A DNA stretch of 64,000 nucleotides from Candidatus Bathyarchaeota archaeon (GTDB taxonomy: Archaea > Thermoproteota > Bathyarchaeia > 40CM-2-53-6), in contig CAVTBR010000003.1 of NCBI GenBank assembly GCA_963733055.1, positions 1 through 64,000 of the forward strand. Reading direction: 5' to 3'. Below are positions 19,387-28,869 of the stretch, one piece after another (position 1 is the stretch's first letter; each line of letters opens with the position of its first letter). Both the position numbers and the translations under genes were made by a program. The notes below the pieces were generated by a model. It was not told the DNA's origin. It was given only the letters and a program-made list of their open reading frames with translations, and did no database searches.

Positions 19387-19593
19387 GTCTATTCACGAAC
19401 TCAAGCACCCAAGAGAGCCGAGTTGCGGATATAACACAGAGAGGAGGGTGATAGTAATCTACCACCCGATAAGTTACCAATGTACCTAGCAAACCAGCAT
19501 CAACCGAACGGTAACGGATATCAGAATTCAAAGCATCAACCGGCAACGTAACGTTACCTTGGAAAAGTTAACGGTACCTATACGTCAGTTGGG

Positions 19594-20319
19594 TTAGTCT
19601 GTTCCTTTTCGTCGGCTAAGGCCAAGAACCGAGAATTGGCTTTCTAAATCTCTTAACATTGATTCCAGTACTATATTGAGAAGCGGCAAGATCTTGAATC
19701 GCATTGCATCTAGTTCGACCATATCTTTGTCTTGGGTCAGAACTCCCCGAAGTTTCTCGAAGTAAGCGTCAATTGATTCTTTCCATCCGTATCTCTCGCT
19801 AATATCCTTGACCACCCACCTATTCCAATTGGTCGCAATTTGACCTTGAAGAAGAAAGTGCGTGATATCCATTGCCAGAGTATTTACATTTGAATCATTG
19901 AACGCATTGGGTTGTGTTCCTGCTGGCAGCAATTCGTTGATGTCCCTTTGAACTTGCTCCTGATACTTGCGACGAAGATTCACAGCCATCAAGCTTAGAG
20001 TTGCAAGGCATCCATAGAGTTCACGCATTTGGATTCTAAGCGTGGTAGGAACTAAATACAGCAAATGAGCCGAAGCGATCTGGTCATATTCTAAACTGTA
20101 AAAGTAATCGTAACCTTTGAGAGCCTTCTTTGCTGTTGATAACTCGTCACAAAGCGGAGCATAGATTCTCTTTCGCCTTTCGTCCGCATTCTGATGTCTC
20201 CAAGTATAACGAGCCGTGAACCACGAAGCAAACAAGCTGAGCAATGATGCAAAGACGATAAGTATTATCGTACCTACATTGCCAATTACCCAATTCGAAA
20301 AAGCTTCACTTAGTTGCAC
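19594..20319 (-). CDS. hypothetical protein with N-terminal TM helix
   Basis: 241 aa; TM followed by RRKRIYAPL; AT-richer than flanking genes. Confidence 0.65.
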   Translation of the reverse strand: MQLSEAFSNWVIGNVGTIILIVFASLLSLFASWFTARYTWRHQNADERRKRIYAPLCDELSTAKKALKGYDYFYSLEYDQIASAHLLYLVPTTLRIQMRELYGCLATLSLMAVNLRRKYQEQVQRDINELLPAGTQPNAFNDSNVNTLAMDITHFLLQGQIATNWNRWVVKDISERYGWKESIDAYFEKLRGVLTQDKDMVELDAMRFKILPLLNIVLESMLRDLESQFSVLGLSRRKGTD

Positions 20320-20560
20320 GCACCTGAAAGAATACGACTGGGTATTTGCGCTTTACGGGAACCTCGTTCGCTTCCTGAATTAGCTTTATCCATTTTTTTT
20401 ATCCACTTCCGCTTTGATTCCTGCTACATCGCCCGGAGTCTTTCCGAAGCGCTTCGTGTGGCCGAATATAGTCGTGGGAGATTTGCATACCAGTTACCTT
20501 AACGATCCTGTAATCATCCCAGAGAGCCGTTCACACGCAGTCGTCACCACAGTCTTTAGC

Positions 20561-20580
20561 AACTGTGACAAGTCACAGTT
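20561..20580. promoter_or_regulatory. inverted repeat AACTGTGAC-AA-GTCACAGTT, possible operator
   Basis: Perfect 9-bp arms with a 2-nt spacer in an intergenic region. Confidence 0.4.
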
Positions 20581-20615
20581 TCGCCTAACTGTGCCCCGTA
20601 TGTCGACTAGTCCTG

Positions 20616-21089
20616 TCAGCTGTAGAGCCAGAACTCTTTGATTATCCACCAATCTGGATTGTCCAAGGGAACGAAACCTGACTTAACGAAAAACCCCTCG
20701 CTTTCGGCTTGCACGTTATGCGCATAGAACCTTTCCACTCCCTCTGATTTGGCAAATTCTCTCATAAACCCCAGCCATTCGGACCCAATTCCTTTGCGTC
20801 TCCACTCCTCTTGGTGGATCATTATGTCCCACAACACGGCGGATTTTGCTTCGATCTTGAAATCATCTTCAGAATGTTGCTTACGGTAAATTGCCAACTG
20901 GGCTAATCCGAATTGTCCGGAATCATTTTGAATGAATAGAATGAAAGAGCCAAGATCTTCGGTGTTCTTGCGTCGTCGGTCGAAAAACTCTGCTTTGACC
21001 GTTAAGCCCGGCGGGCCTGTTTTCATTGGCATGCCTTTACGTAGGCGGCGAATTGTTTCTTTCGTAATCGGAGAACTCAAGAGTTTCAT
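20616..21089 (-). CDS. GNAT-family acetyltransferase
   Basis: WRRKGIGS acetyl-CoA motif A and FFVKSGF motif B. Confidence 0.8.
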   Translation of the reverse strand: MKLLSSPITKETIRRLRKGMPMKTGPPGLTVKAEFFDRRRKNTEDLGSFILFIQNDSGQFGLAQLAIYRKQHSEDDFKIEAKSAVLWDIMIHQEEWRRKGIGSEWLGFMREFAKSEGVERFYAHNVQAESEGFFVKSGFVPLDNPDWWIIKEFWLYS

Positions 21090-21274
21090 CCTGGAACAGG
21101 CTTGAGCAGAGAAGAAAGTCTTCCGGAAATTCAGAAACGAGAGAGTACGCGGTTATGTCACCGCCTCAAGGCTTGCACTCGCGGCAGCTAGTCCTTGATC
21201 CCAGAAGGAAAGGATGCTTTAGTGAGTCTTGAAAGACCGGGGCAACACTCGCAGTTCAATTACCCTTGTGGAAA

Positions 21275-23488
21275 TTACTCCATAAAGTCTTCTGCTTTCT
21301 GTGATTCGGGTGGTAGTCCCTTTCGTTTTCGTATGTTGCTAATGACTGTATTGACTAGGGATTGTGGGACGGGGGCCCAGTGTGCGAACTCAAGCCCCCA
21401 GAACGCTCGTCCTTGGGAGGCACCGCGCATAACCTCGGATAGGTCGAAGCTTTCCGCCGTCGGCAGTTCGCCGACCACGTAAACCAAGTGTCCTCGTTGG
21501 TCTACGGATACGATCTTACCTCGCTTCTGCGAAATCACGCTCGTTGCGGCTCCTAAGAGTTCGGGTGGAACCTTGACCGTGATTCTTTGGATTGGTTCTA
21601 GGAGGACGGGGTTGTCGTTGAGGAATGCTACGAAGAATGCTCGTCTGCTCATGGGCATAATTTGGGCGGGCCCTCTGTGGACTGGGTCTTCGTGTAGGGA
21701 AATGTCGGTGATCTTCACCTTAATTCCCCTCATTTGTTCATAAGCGAGGGGTCCCTCCTTCAAGCCCCATCGGTACCCTGCTATGACCATGTCCTTCACT
21801 TCCTGAACGTACTGCGCCCCTTTCGTTACCTCCACTAGCATGTTGCTTCCTTCATCGATGCTCCAGACTCCCTTTGCCTCGTCGGGAGGCCATCCTTCGG
21901 CGCGCAGCATCTTCGCCATCTCGGCCTTGTCTTGGTATTCCCCAATCTTTCCCTCCTTGATCATATCGACAATCTTATCGGGTAGGGGTTCGACGCTGAG
22001 GTAGATCTTGTTGTGCTTATTCGGCGATTTGCCTTCAACCGGCCCAGCAGGGCCTCGTATGCTCTCACGGTAGATTACGATTGGTTCGGAGGTCACGATC
22101 TTGAGCCCCGTCTTGGTGATCAGGGTATTTGCGATTTCCAAGTGCAGCGTTCCCATTCCTGCAATAAGGTATTCACCTGTCTCCTCGTTGATCTTGGTCA
22201 CGAGGTTCGGGTCTTCTAGGCTCAGCCTTCTAAGAAGTTCAACGAGTTTAGGAAGGTCTCTGCTGAATTTCGGCTCAACGGCCATGGTGACGACTGGTTC
22301 GGTCACGTAGTGAACCGCTTCGAATGGTGCGATGTCTTTGATGGTTGAAAGCGTCTCACCCGCCTTAGCTGATTCAAGCCCGAGGAGGGCTGGAATGTTA
22401 CCCGCGCTTATCGTTCCCACAATCTCTCGGTAGGGCCCCATGAAAAGGCACACTTGTTGAACTCTCTGATCGACGCGAGCACCGAGAAGATGGAATGTTG
22501 ATCCCTCCGTAATCGTGCCCGAAAACAATCTACCGCTCGCAACAACTCCAGCCTGTGGGTCGACGACGATGTTCGTTATGGCCATGACCACCGGTCCGTT
22601 GTCATCGCAGTTGAGCATCGCCTTGCCGACGTCACTGTCAATGTTCCCCTTCCAGACTCTGGGAACGCGGTACCTTTGTGCAACGTGTGGAGGGGGCATC
22701 GCTTCAACCGCCATGTTCAGAACGGCATCATGCAATGGTGCTTTTGTGGTCAGTTCAGTTACTTTGTCGTTCAGGTAGGCGTCTACCACGTCAGAGAATC
22801 TTACGTTCTGCTCTTTGGCGATCTCTGCGTTGAACCCCCACTTGTCCTTAGCGGACCCCATAGCAACTGTGTTGCTTGCGAAACTAACCTTCCACTTCTC
22901 TCGGTACTCGGGTTCCGCGTAGAGTTCGATGAGTCGATTGAATTCTGTGATAATCCTCCCGATTCTCTCCTGTATCTGGTCGGGAGTTAACCTCAGCTCT
23001 TTGATGAGTCGGTCGATTTTGTTAATGTAAAGCACGGGCCGAACTCGTTCTTCAAGCGCCTGCCTCGTGACGGTCTCGGTCTGAACCATAATCTCCTCCA
23101 CGGAGTCAACTACAACTACTGCTCCATCGGTGGCTCTGAGGGAGCGTGTTACTCGGCCTGAGAAGTCTACGTGGCCGGGTGTGTCGATGAGGTTGATGAC
23201 GTATGGGGTGTTGTTTCGTTCGTGGAGTAGGCTTACGTTGGCGGCTTTGATGGTCATTTGCCGCTTTTGCTCTTCTTCCATGTAATCGAGGGCTAGCGCT
23301 GTGCCAGCCATACCTGGTGACAGAAGACCGGCAGCGGCAAGGAGGGAATCGCTCATCGTCGTCTTACCGTGATCGACGTGGGCGATGATGCCCATATGTT
23401 CCGGACGCGGACTACTCTACGCCTTTCGGATCTGTTCCTTGTTCGCTATGATCTTCTGTATTTCAGTCGTGGACTTGTAACGGGGCAC
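21275..23488 (-). CDS. fusA: elongation factor EF-2, two exons: complement(join(21275..23397,23425..23488))
   Basis: GTG 23488 gives MPRYKSTTEIQKIIANKEQIR; exon 2 has AHVDHGKT, DTPGH, NKID and the diphthamide loop HEDPVHRGPAQI. Confidence 0.97.
23398..23424 (-). other. 27-nt BHB intron in EF-2 pre-mRNA
   Basis: AGGCGUAGAGUAGUCCGCGUCCGGAAC; helix UCCG/CGGA, bulges AA^A and AC^A; contains an in-frame UAG; splicing yields AUC CGA AAU AUG GGC (IRNMG). Confidence 0.88.
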
Positions 23489-23889
23489 TATATCTCAACT
23501 CTGTTCTGAAATTTCGAGATGGGAACAACGCACGAAGTCATTTAATCATTTTGATTGAGTCGATCAGTCAAGAATACGTGATGCGTTTCCCGACAATTCG
23601 AGGAATTCTCTTCGTTGTCCCCTGTTTCAGCATGTAGTCAGAATTTGGGTTAAACGCGGACGCTTGGCGATTCTACACATAGGACAGCAGCCCTCCACGA
23701 GATTCCATCGCTTGTGGGAAGGTCCCGCTGAGATGTAGATTCGAAATATCCATCCGCATAATATGGGTCCTCTGGGTGGAACTGTGGGACATGCGGCATT
23801 TCGTTGCGCTTCTCCAAGTGTAATTAAATACCATGGCTCGGCTCAATTTTACAGTGAGAGCATTACATTAGGTTTGGAGGTGAATGGAG

Positions 23890-23970
23890 TTGGCGAAGAA
23901 AGAAAAGGCAAAGATGAGGCTTAACCCGGAACGTGACAAGAACATACAGCAAGATGAACAGGTTGCTTAG
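23890..23970 (+). CDS. putative small peptide (26 aa)
   Basis: MAKKEKAKMRLNPERDKNIQQDEQVA; preceded by GGAGGTGA and an AT-rich TATA-like box; followed by hairpin CCGGGC..GCCCGG. Confidence 0.3.
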   Translation: MAKKEKAKMRLNPERDKNIQQDEQVA

Positions 23971-24110
23971 GATGTGGGGCTACCGGGCGATCGACTGCCC
24001 GGAATCACATTTTCCGTTCTCCTAGCGACACTGAGCAACATCGCTGACTGGTCCTTGGTTTAGGGCAATTATTATGGAACCGGCCCGTCTCAAAAGATGC
24101 TGGTCCTTGC

Positions 24111-25151
24111 ATGGGATTCGACCTCTCACCACTTGTGGTCCGACAGCAGATAACGCTAGAGGATCTTAGGGGTCGAAGCTTAGCCGTTGACTCAAACAAC
24201 TTGCTCTATCAGTTTCTAGCTCTTATCCGGATGCGCGACGGGAGGCCATTTACTGACGCGCATGGTAATGTGACTTCCCACTTGCTCGGACTTGTCATGC
24301 GTGCAACACGTCTCATGGGCGATTATCATGTTCGTCCTGTCTTCATCTTCGATGGGAAACCGCCGGAACTCAAGATGAAAACATTGAAGGCCAGACGAGA
24401 GTTCAGGGATAAGGCACGCAGGGAATGGGAAGACGCCGTAAAGCGCCGAGATTATTCGGCGGCGTGGAAGAAAGCCGTGAGGATGGATTCGCTTAACAAA
24501 CCCATGCAGGACGACGCGAAAACTGTTCTGACTCTGTTGGGGGTTCCTCACGTTCAAGCTCCGGAGGAGGGAGAAGCCCAGGCGGCCTATATGGCGAGAA
24601 AAGGAGATGTTTGGGCCGCCAATAGTCGAGATTACGATTCAGTCCTCTTCGGGGCGCCTCGACTAGTCCGATATGTCACGATCTCAGGGCAGGAATTCCT
24701 ACCCAGCAAGGGCACCTCGAGGCCACTCATCCCCGAACTCATCGAGCTGGAGCAGTTGCTGCAGAGCCTAGAAGTTTCGAGGGAACAGTTGATCGATCTA
24801 GCAATCCTAGTTGGAACCGATTTTAATCAAGGCATAAAGGGAGTCGGGCCGAAAACAGCCCTAAAACTAATCAAGAAACACGCAACTCTCGAAAAACTAC
24901 CCTCCGAGTATCGAGAGCAGCTGCCCAAAGAAACTCAGGAGATTCGCAATCTATTCCTGAACCCAACCATAACCGATGACTATGACCTGAAATTCAAAGG
25001 GCTCGATGAAGACGGTCTCAAACAGTTCCTCTGCGTGGAACGTGGGTTCTCAACAGACCGCGTTGATCTCGCCATTAGACGGATGCGGGAGTTCTACTCG
25101 CAGGAAAAGTCGAGCCTAACAAGTTGGATAGACCAACGAGGAGGTTCCTAA
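24111..25151 (+). CDS. fen: flap endonuclease-1
   Basis: LYQFLALIR, FDGKPP, APEEGEAQAAY, DYDSVLFG and GTDFN motifs. Confidence 0.95.
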   Translation: MGFDLSPLVVRQQITLEDLRGRSLAVDSNNLLYQFLALIRMRDGRPFTDAHGNVTSHLLGLVMRATRLMGDYHVRPVFIFDGKPPELKMKTLKARREFRDKARREWEDAVKRRDYSAAWKKAVRMDSLNKPMQDDAKTVLTLLGVPHVQAPEEGEAQAAYMARKGDVWAANSRDYDSVLFGAPRLVRYVTISGQEFLPSKGTSRPLIPELIELEQLLQSLEVSREQLIDLAILVGTDFNQGIKGVGPKTALKLIKKHATLEKLPSEYREQLPKETQEIRNLFLNPTITDDYDLKFKGLDEDGLKQFLCVERGFSTDRVDLAIRRMREFYSQEKSSLTSWIDQRGGS

Positions 25152-26744
25152 TTGTCAACCTCTTTCTCGAAATTTGCCAACCTCTGTCGCAAACTCGAAT
25201 CCACAACCAAACGCACTGAGAAAGTCACATACCTGGTAGATTTCCTGAAGCAACTCGACCACGACGAGATCGCGCCGGCGGTCTCATTCGTTACGGGCCG
25301 GCCTTTCCCCGAATCTGATGAGAGAGTTCTCGAAGTCGGAGGGCAGACCGTGTGGAAAGTTCACCGAAACACAGGCCAATCCGCCCTTGTCCAATCGCCT
25401 GTGACGATCCTTGAAGTCTACCGAACCTTCGAGAAGATCGCGAACACATCAGGTGCAGGCTCAAGGCAGCGGAAAGAAATGCTCATGAACACTCTCCTCA
25501 GCCGCCTGCCGCGAAGCGACGCAGACTACTTGATGCGAATCGTATTCGGCGAGATGAGAGTCGGCGCGGTTGAAGGGGTAGTTTTGGACGCGATTGCGAA
25601 AGCCACCTCGATCAACGCCAAGCAAGTTAGGCGAGCAAACATGCTCTTGGGAAGCTTACCGAATGTCGCTGAACGAGCTCTAACCCAGGGAGGGAGCACG
25701 TTCGAAAACGTTGGAGTCAAGCTGTTTGTACCAATCAAACCCATGCTCGCCGAAATGGCTGAAGGTCCTAAGGAAGCTATCAAAGAGCACGGCGGTATCT
25801 CTGCGTTTGAGTTCAAGTACGATGGAGCGAGAATTCAGATACATCGAAAGGACGACCAAGTAAGAATCTTCAGCAGAAGACTCACAGACGTCACCACTAG
25901 CGTCCCCGACATCGTCCGTCTTGCGCGCGAACGCATTCGCGGATCCGAATACCTAGTTGAGGGGGAAATTGTAGCAATCGGCCAGGAAGGAAAACCGCTT
26001 CCATTTCAGGATCTGATGAGAAGGTTTCGTCGCGTTCACGAAATTGATGCTATGGTCACGAGCATACCGCTCAGACTGTTCCTGTTCGATGTCATCTACC
26101 TCGATGGAAAGTTACTGATCGACGAACCTTACGAGAGGAGGTGGGATACTCTTCGTGGCCTCGCTGAGGCCGAGTTGCTAGCCACAAGAATCGTGACCCG
26201 AGACGTTGGGGAGGCAGAGAAGATGATGCAGGCTTCCATCCAATCGGGGCACGAAGGACTGATGGCGAAGGATTTGAAAAGCACCTATACGCCGGGCGTT
26301 CGGGGGAAGAAATGGTTCAAGATCAAATCTGCCGAAACACTGGATGTTGTGATTGTGGCAGCGGATTGGGGATCAGGAAGGAGGAAAGGCTGGCTAAGCA
26401 ACTATCACCTCGCCGTCAGAGACGACGCATCCGGGGAATTCCTTGTCGTAGGAAAGACCTTCAAGGGCCTCACCGACCAAGAATTCACGGAGATCACTCC
26501 GAAACTGCTCGGACTAAAGACGAAAGAGACAGATTACACGGTTTACGTGAAACCATCGATCGTCGTGGAGGTAGCGTTTAATGAAATCCAACACAGCCCA
26601 CACTACAAATCGCGGTTCGCTCTCCGCTTCGCCAGAATCACACGGTTCAGAGAAGATAAACGACCTGAGAATGCGGATACTTTGCAACGATTAACGAAAC
26701 TCTACCAAGATCAATTCAGGTTCAAATCTCCCGCAGACTTCTGA
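25152..26744 (+). CDS. lig: ATP-dependent DNA ligase
   Basis: EFKYDGARIQ, EGLMAK, WFKIK and ALRFAR motifs. Confidence 0.95.
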   Translation: MSTSFSKFANLCRKLESTTKRTEKVTYLVDFLKQLDHDEIAPAVSFVTGRPFPESDERVLEVGGQTVWKVHRNTGQSALVQSPVTILEVYRTFEKIANTSGAGSRQRKEMLMNTLLSRLPRSDADYLMRIVFGEMRVGAVEGVVLDAIAKATSINAKQVRRANMLLGSLPNVAERALTQGGSTFENVGVKLFVPIKPMLAEMAEGPKEAIKEHGGISAFEFKYDGARIQIHRKDDQVRIFSRRLTDVTTSVPDIVRLARERIRGSEYLVEGEIVAIGQEGKPLPFQDLMRRFRRVHEIDAMVTSIPLRLFLFDVIYLDGKLLIDEPYERRWDTLRGLAEAELLATRIVTRDVGEAEKMMQASIQSGHEGLMAKDLKSTYTPGVRGKKWFKIKSAETLDVVIVAADWGSGRRKGWLSNYHLAVRDDASGEFLVVGKTFKGLTDQEFTEITPKLLGLKTKETDYTVYVKPSIVVEVAFNEIQHSPHYKSRFALRFARITRFREDKRPENADTLQRLTKLYQDQFRFKSPADF

Positions 26745-26753
26745 GGTTCCACC

Positions 26754-27431
26754 ATGAAAGTTGTCTCGCTCTTCAGTGGCGGCAAAGACAGCACATACGC
26801 CCTCTGGTATGCCCAAATGCAAGGATGGGATGTTGAACGTCTAGTCACAGTCTTCCCCGAAACTCAGGATTCATGGATGTTCCACTATCCAGCCGTAAAA
26901 TGGACTGGCCTGCAGGCCGAGGCTATTGGCATTCCTCAAATTCATGTCCCGACGGCTGGTGTGAAAGAGGAGGAGCTTGGAGATCTGGGAGGAGAGCTGG
27001 AGAAGCTGAAGGAATCGCTGGAGATCGAGGGGATTGTATCGGGGGCTATTGCCAGCGAATATCAACGGACTCGGCTCGATAATTTGTGCGAAAGACTCGG
27101 CCTCAGAAGCTTTGCGCCGTTATGGCACAAAAATGAAGAGCAGCTTGTGCGCGATGAAATTGAAGCTGGATTTGAAATTATCGTCACTGCGTGCAGCGCC
27201 CTTGGTCTCGACGAAAAATGGCTAGGCCAGACGCTTAGCCTAAAGGAGCTGAAGGAACTTCTACAGCTGAGAAGGAAGTACGGACTAAGCGTGGCGTTCG
27301 AAGGCGGTGAGGCTGAAACCTTCACTCTCGCGGGTCCGGTATTCAAGAAGCGACTTTTGGTAACAAAGTCGGCGCCGCATTGGGCTGGTCAATCGGGCTA
27401 TTTGGAGCTTGAAGACGTGCGGTTGGATTAA
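26754..27431 (+). CDS. dph6: diphthine--ammonia ligase (PP-loop ATPase)
   Basis: SGGKDS, SWMFH, GAIASEYQ and FEGGEAET motifs. Confidence 0.88.
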   Translation: MKVVSLFSGGKDSTYALWYAQMQGWDVERLVTVFPETQDSWMFHYPAVKWTGLQAEAIGIPQIHVPTAGVKEEELGDLGGELEKLKESLEIEGIVSGAIASEYQRTRLDNLCERLGLRSFAPLWHKNEEQLVRDEIEAGFEIIVTACSALGLDEKWLGQTLSLKELKELLQLRRKYGLSVAFEGGEAETFTLAGPVFKKRLLVTKSAPHWAGQSGYLELEDVRLD

Positions 27432-27442
27432 TGTGGATCCGG

Positions 27443-28753
27443 TCAGGCCAGTATTAGTTTGCTCGTAATCGCTCCTGCATTCTGAACTATCTGTTCCAGA
27501 TTCAGCGTCCGCAGCTGCCTGTTCTGCATTAGCACTTTACCATCAACGATGGTTGTGTTGACGTTGCCCGCTGAGGCTGAATATACGAGGTCTGACACTA
27601 TGGTTTCTTTTCCGTGAACCGGGTTCATGTTCGGCATCTTCCCATCTAGGACTATGATGTCTGCTTTCTTTCCAGCCTCGATGCTTCCCGCCTCATCCTC
27701 AATCCCAAGAGCCCTCGCACCTCCAATCGTAGCCAGGTCCAACACTTTCTGGGCGTTCAGCACCGTCGGGTCCCAGCGATGCGCCTTATGCAGTAACGCG
27801 CAGATCTTCATCGTCTCGAACATGTCCAGAGAGTTATTGCTGGCTGCCCCGTCCGTGCCTAAGCCCACTGCGATTCCCGCCTCAAACATCTCCGGAAGGG
27901 GCGCAACCCCGCCGCTTGCCAGTTTCATATTTGAGACTGGGCAGTGAGCAACGCTCACACCTGACTTCGCGAGCAGAGCGACTTCGCTTTTCGTTAACCA
28001 GACACAGTGGGCCCCAAGCATTCTATTGGATAGTGCCCCTATCTTGTCCAAGTATTCGACTACGCGTGCACCATTCTGTTTCTGGGAGTCTGCTTGTTCT
28101 TTACGGGTCTCGGCGATGTGAATGTGAAAGATCAAACCGTTGTCTTCAGCAAACTTCCTCGCCCAACGCAAGGTTTCAGCGGAACACGTGTATGGGGCGT
28201 GGGGGCCTAACGCGAACCGTATTCTTGAACTTCCGAGGTTGCGAAAGAATTCAGAAAGTTGTTTGCTCTTTTCCTGTTCCACCTTCGCCCTCGCGGGGTC
28301 GAAAAGATCTATGATACCGTAAGATAGGAATGCCCGGAGGCCAGACTCGTCGACGGCCCTTGCTACATCTTCCATGTGAAAATACATATCCATGAACGTC
28401 GTCGTGCCCGACATAATCATCTCTGCACAGCCAAGCAGTGCGCCTTGGTAACACGCTTCTCCAGTCAACTTGGCTTCGAGCGGCCAGATCTTCTTTTGCA
28501 ACCAATCCTGTAACTGCATGTCATCCGCATAACCGCGGAACAATACCATTGAGAGGTGCGTATGTGTATTGATTAAGCCCGGAAGAGCGACCTTGCCCTC
28601 GCCGTCTACTTCGACATCTGCCGAATTGTGTAGCCCTTTCCCAATCTCCTCAATCTTGCCATCGCGAATCAGGACAGAGTGATCACGCAACACATCGCGG
28701 GTCTGATTTTGGGTCACGAGCCACGAACAGTTCTTGATCAAAACCGACGACAT
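27443..28753 (-). CDS. mtaD: MTA/SAH deaminase (amidohydrolase)
   Basis: THTH, PHAPYTC, HIHIAET, SNMKLASG and GTDGAASNN motifs. Confidence 0.88.
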   Translation of the reverse strand: MSSVLIKNCSWLVTQNQTRDVLRDHSVLIRDGKIEEIGKGLHNSADVEVDGEGKVALPGLINTHTHLSMVLFRGYADDMQLQDWLQKKIWPLEAKLTGEACYQGALLGCAEMIMSGTTTFMDMYFHMEDVARAVDESGLRAFLSYGIIDLFDPARAKVEQEKSKQLSEFFRNLGSSRIRFALGPHAPYTCSAETLRWARKFAEDNGLIFHIHIAETRKEQADSQKQNGARVVEYLDKIGALSNRMLGAHCVWLTKSEVALLAKSGVSVAHCPVSNMKLASGGVAPLPEMFEAGIAVGLGTDGAASNNSLDMFETMKICALLHKAHRWDPTVLNAQKVLDLATIGGARALGIEDEAGSIEAGKKADIIVLDGKMPNMNPVHGKETIVSDLVYSASAGNVNTTIVDGKVLMQNRQLRTLNLEQIVQNAGAITSKLILA

Positions 28754-28869
28754 GGGACTTCGAGTCTACTGCTACGTAGTCAAGTTAAAAGCCAAACGAT
28801 GCGATAGGAGGAACACGCCTGATTCAGACCTTTATGAGGTCTAAGCAGGACTCAGGGGATACAACACGG

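Noticed and set aside
23398-23424. UAG in EF-2 as pyrrolysine or readthrough
   Set aside because: Readthrough would put 9 extra residues just before the P-loop and lose the conserved Asn. No pyl genes are seen here, and BHB excision explains the sequence exactly.
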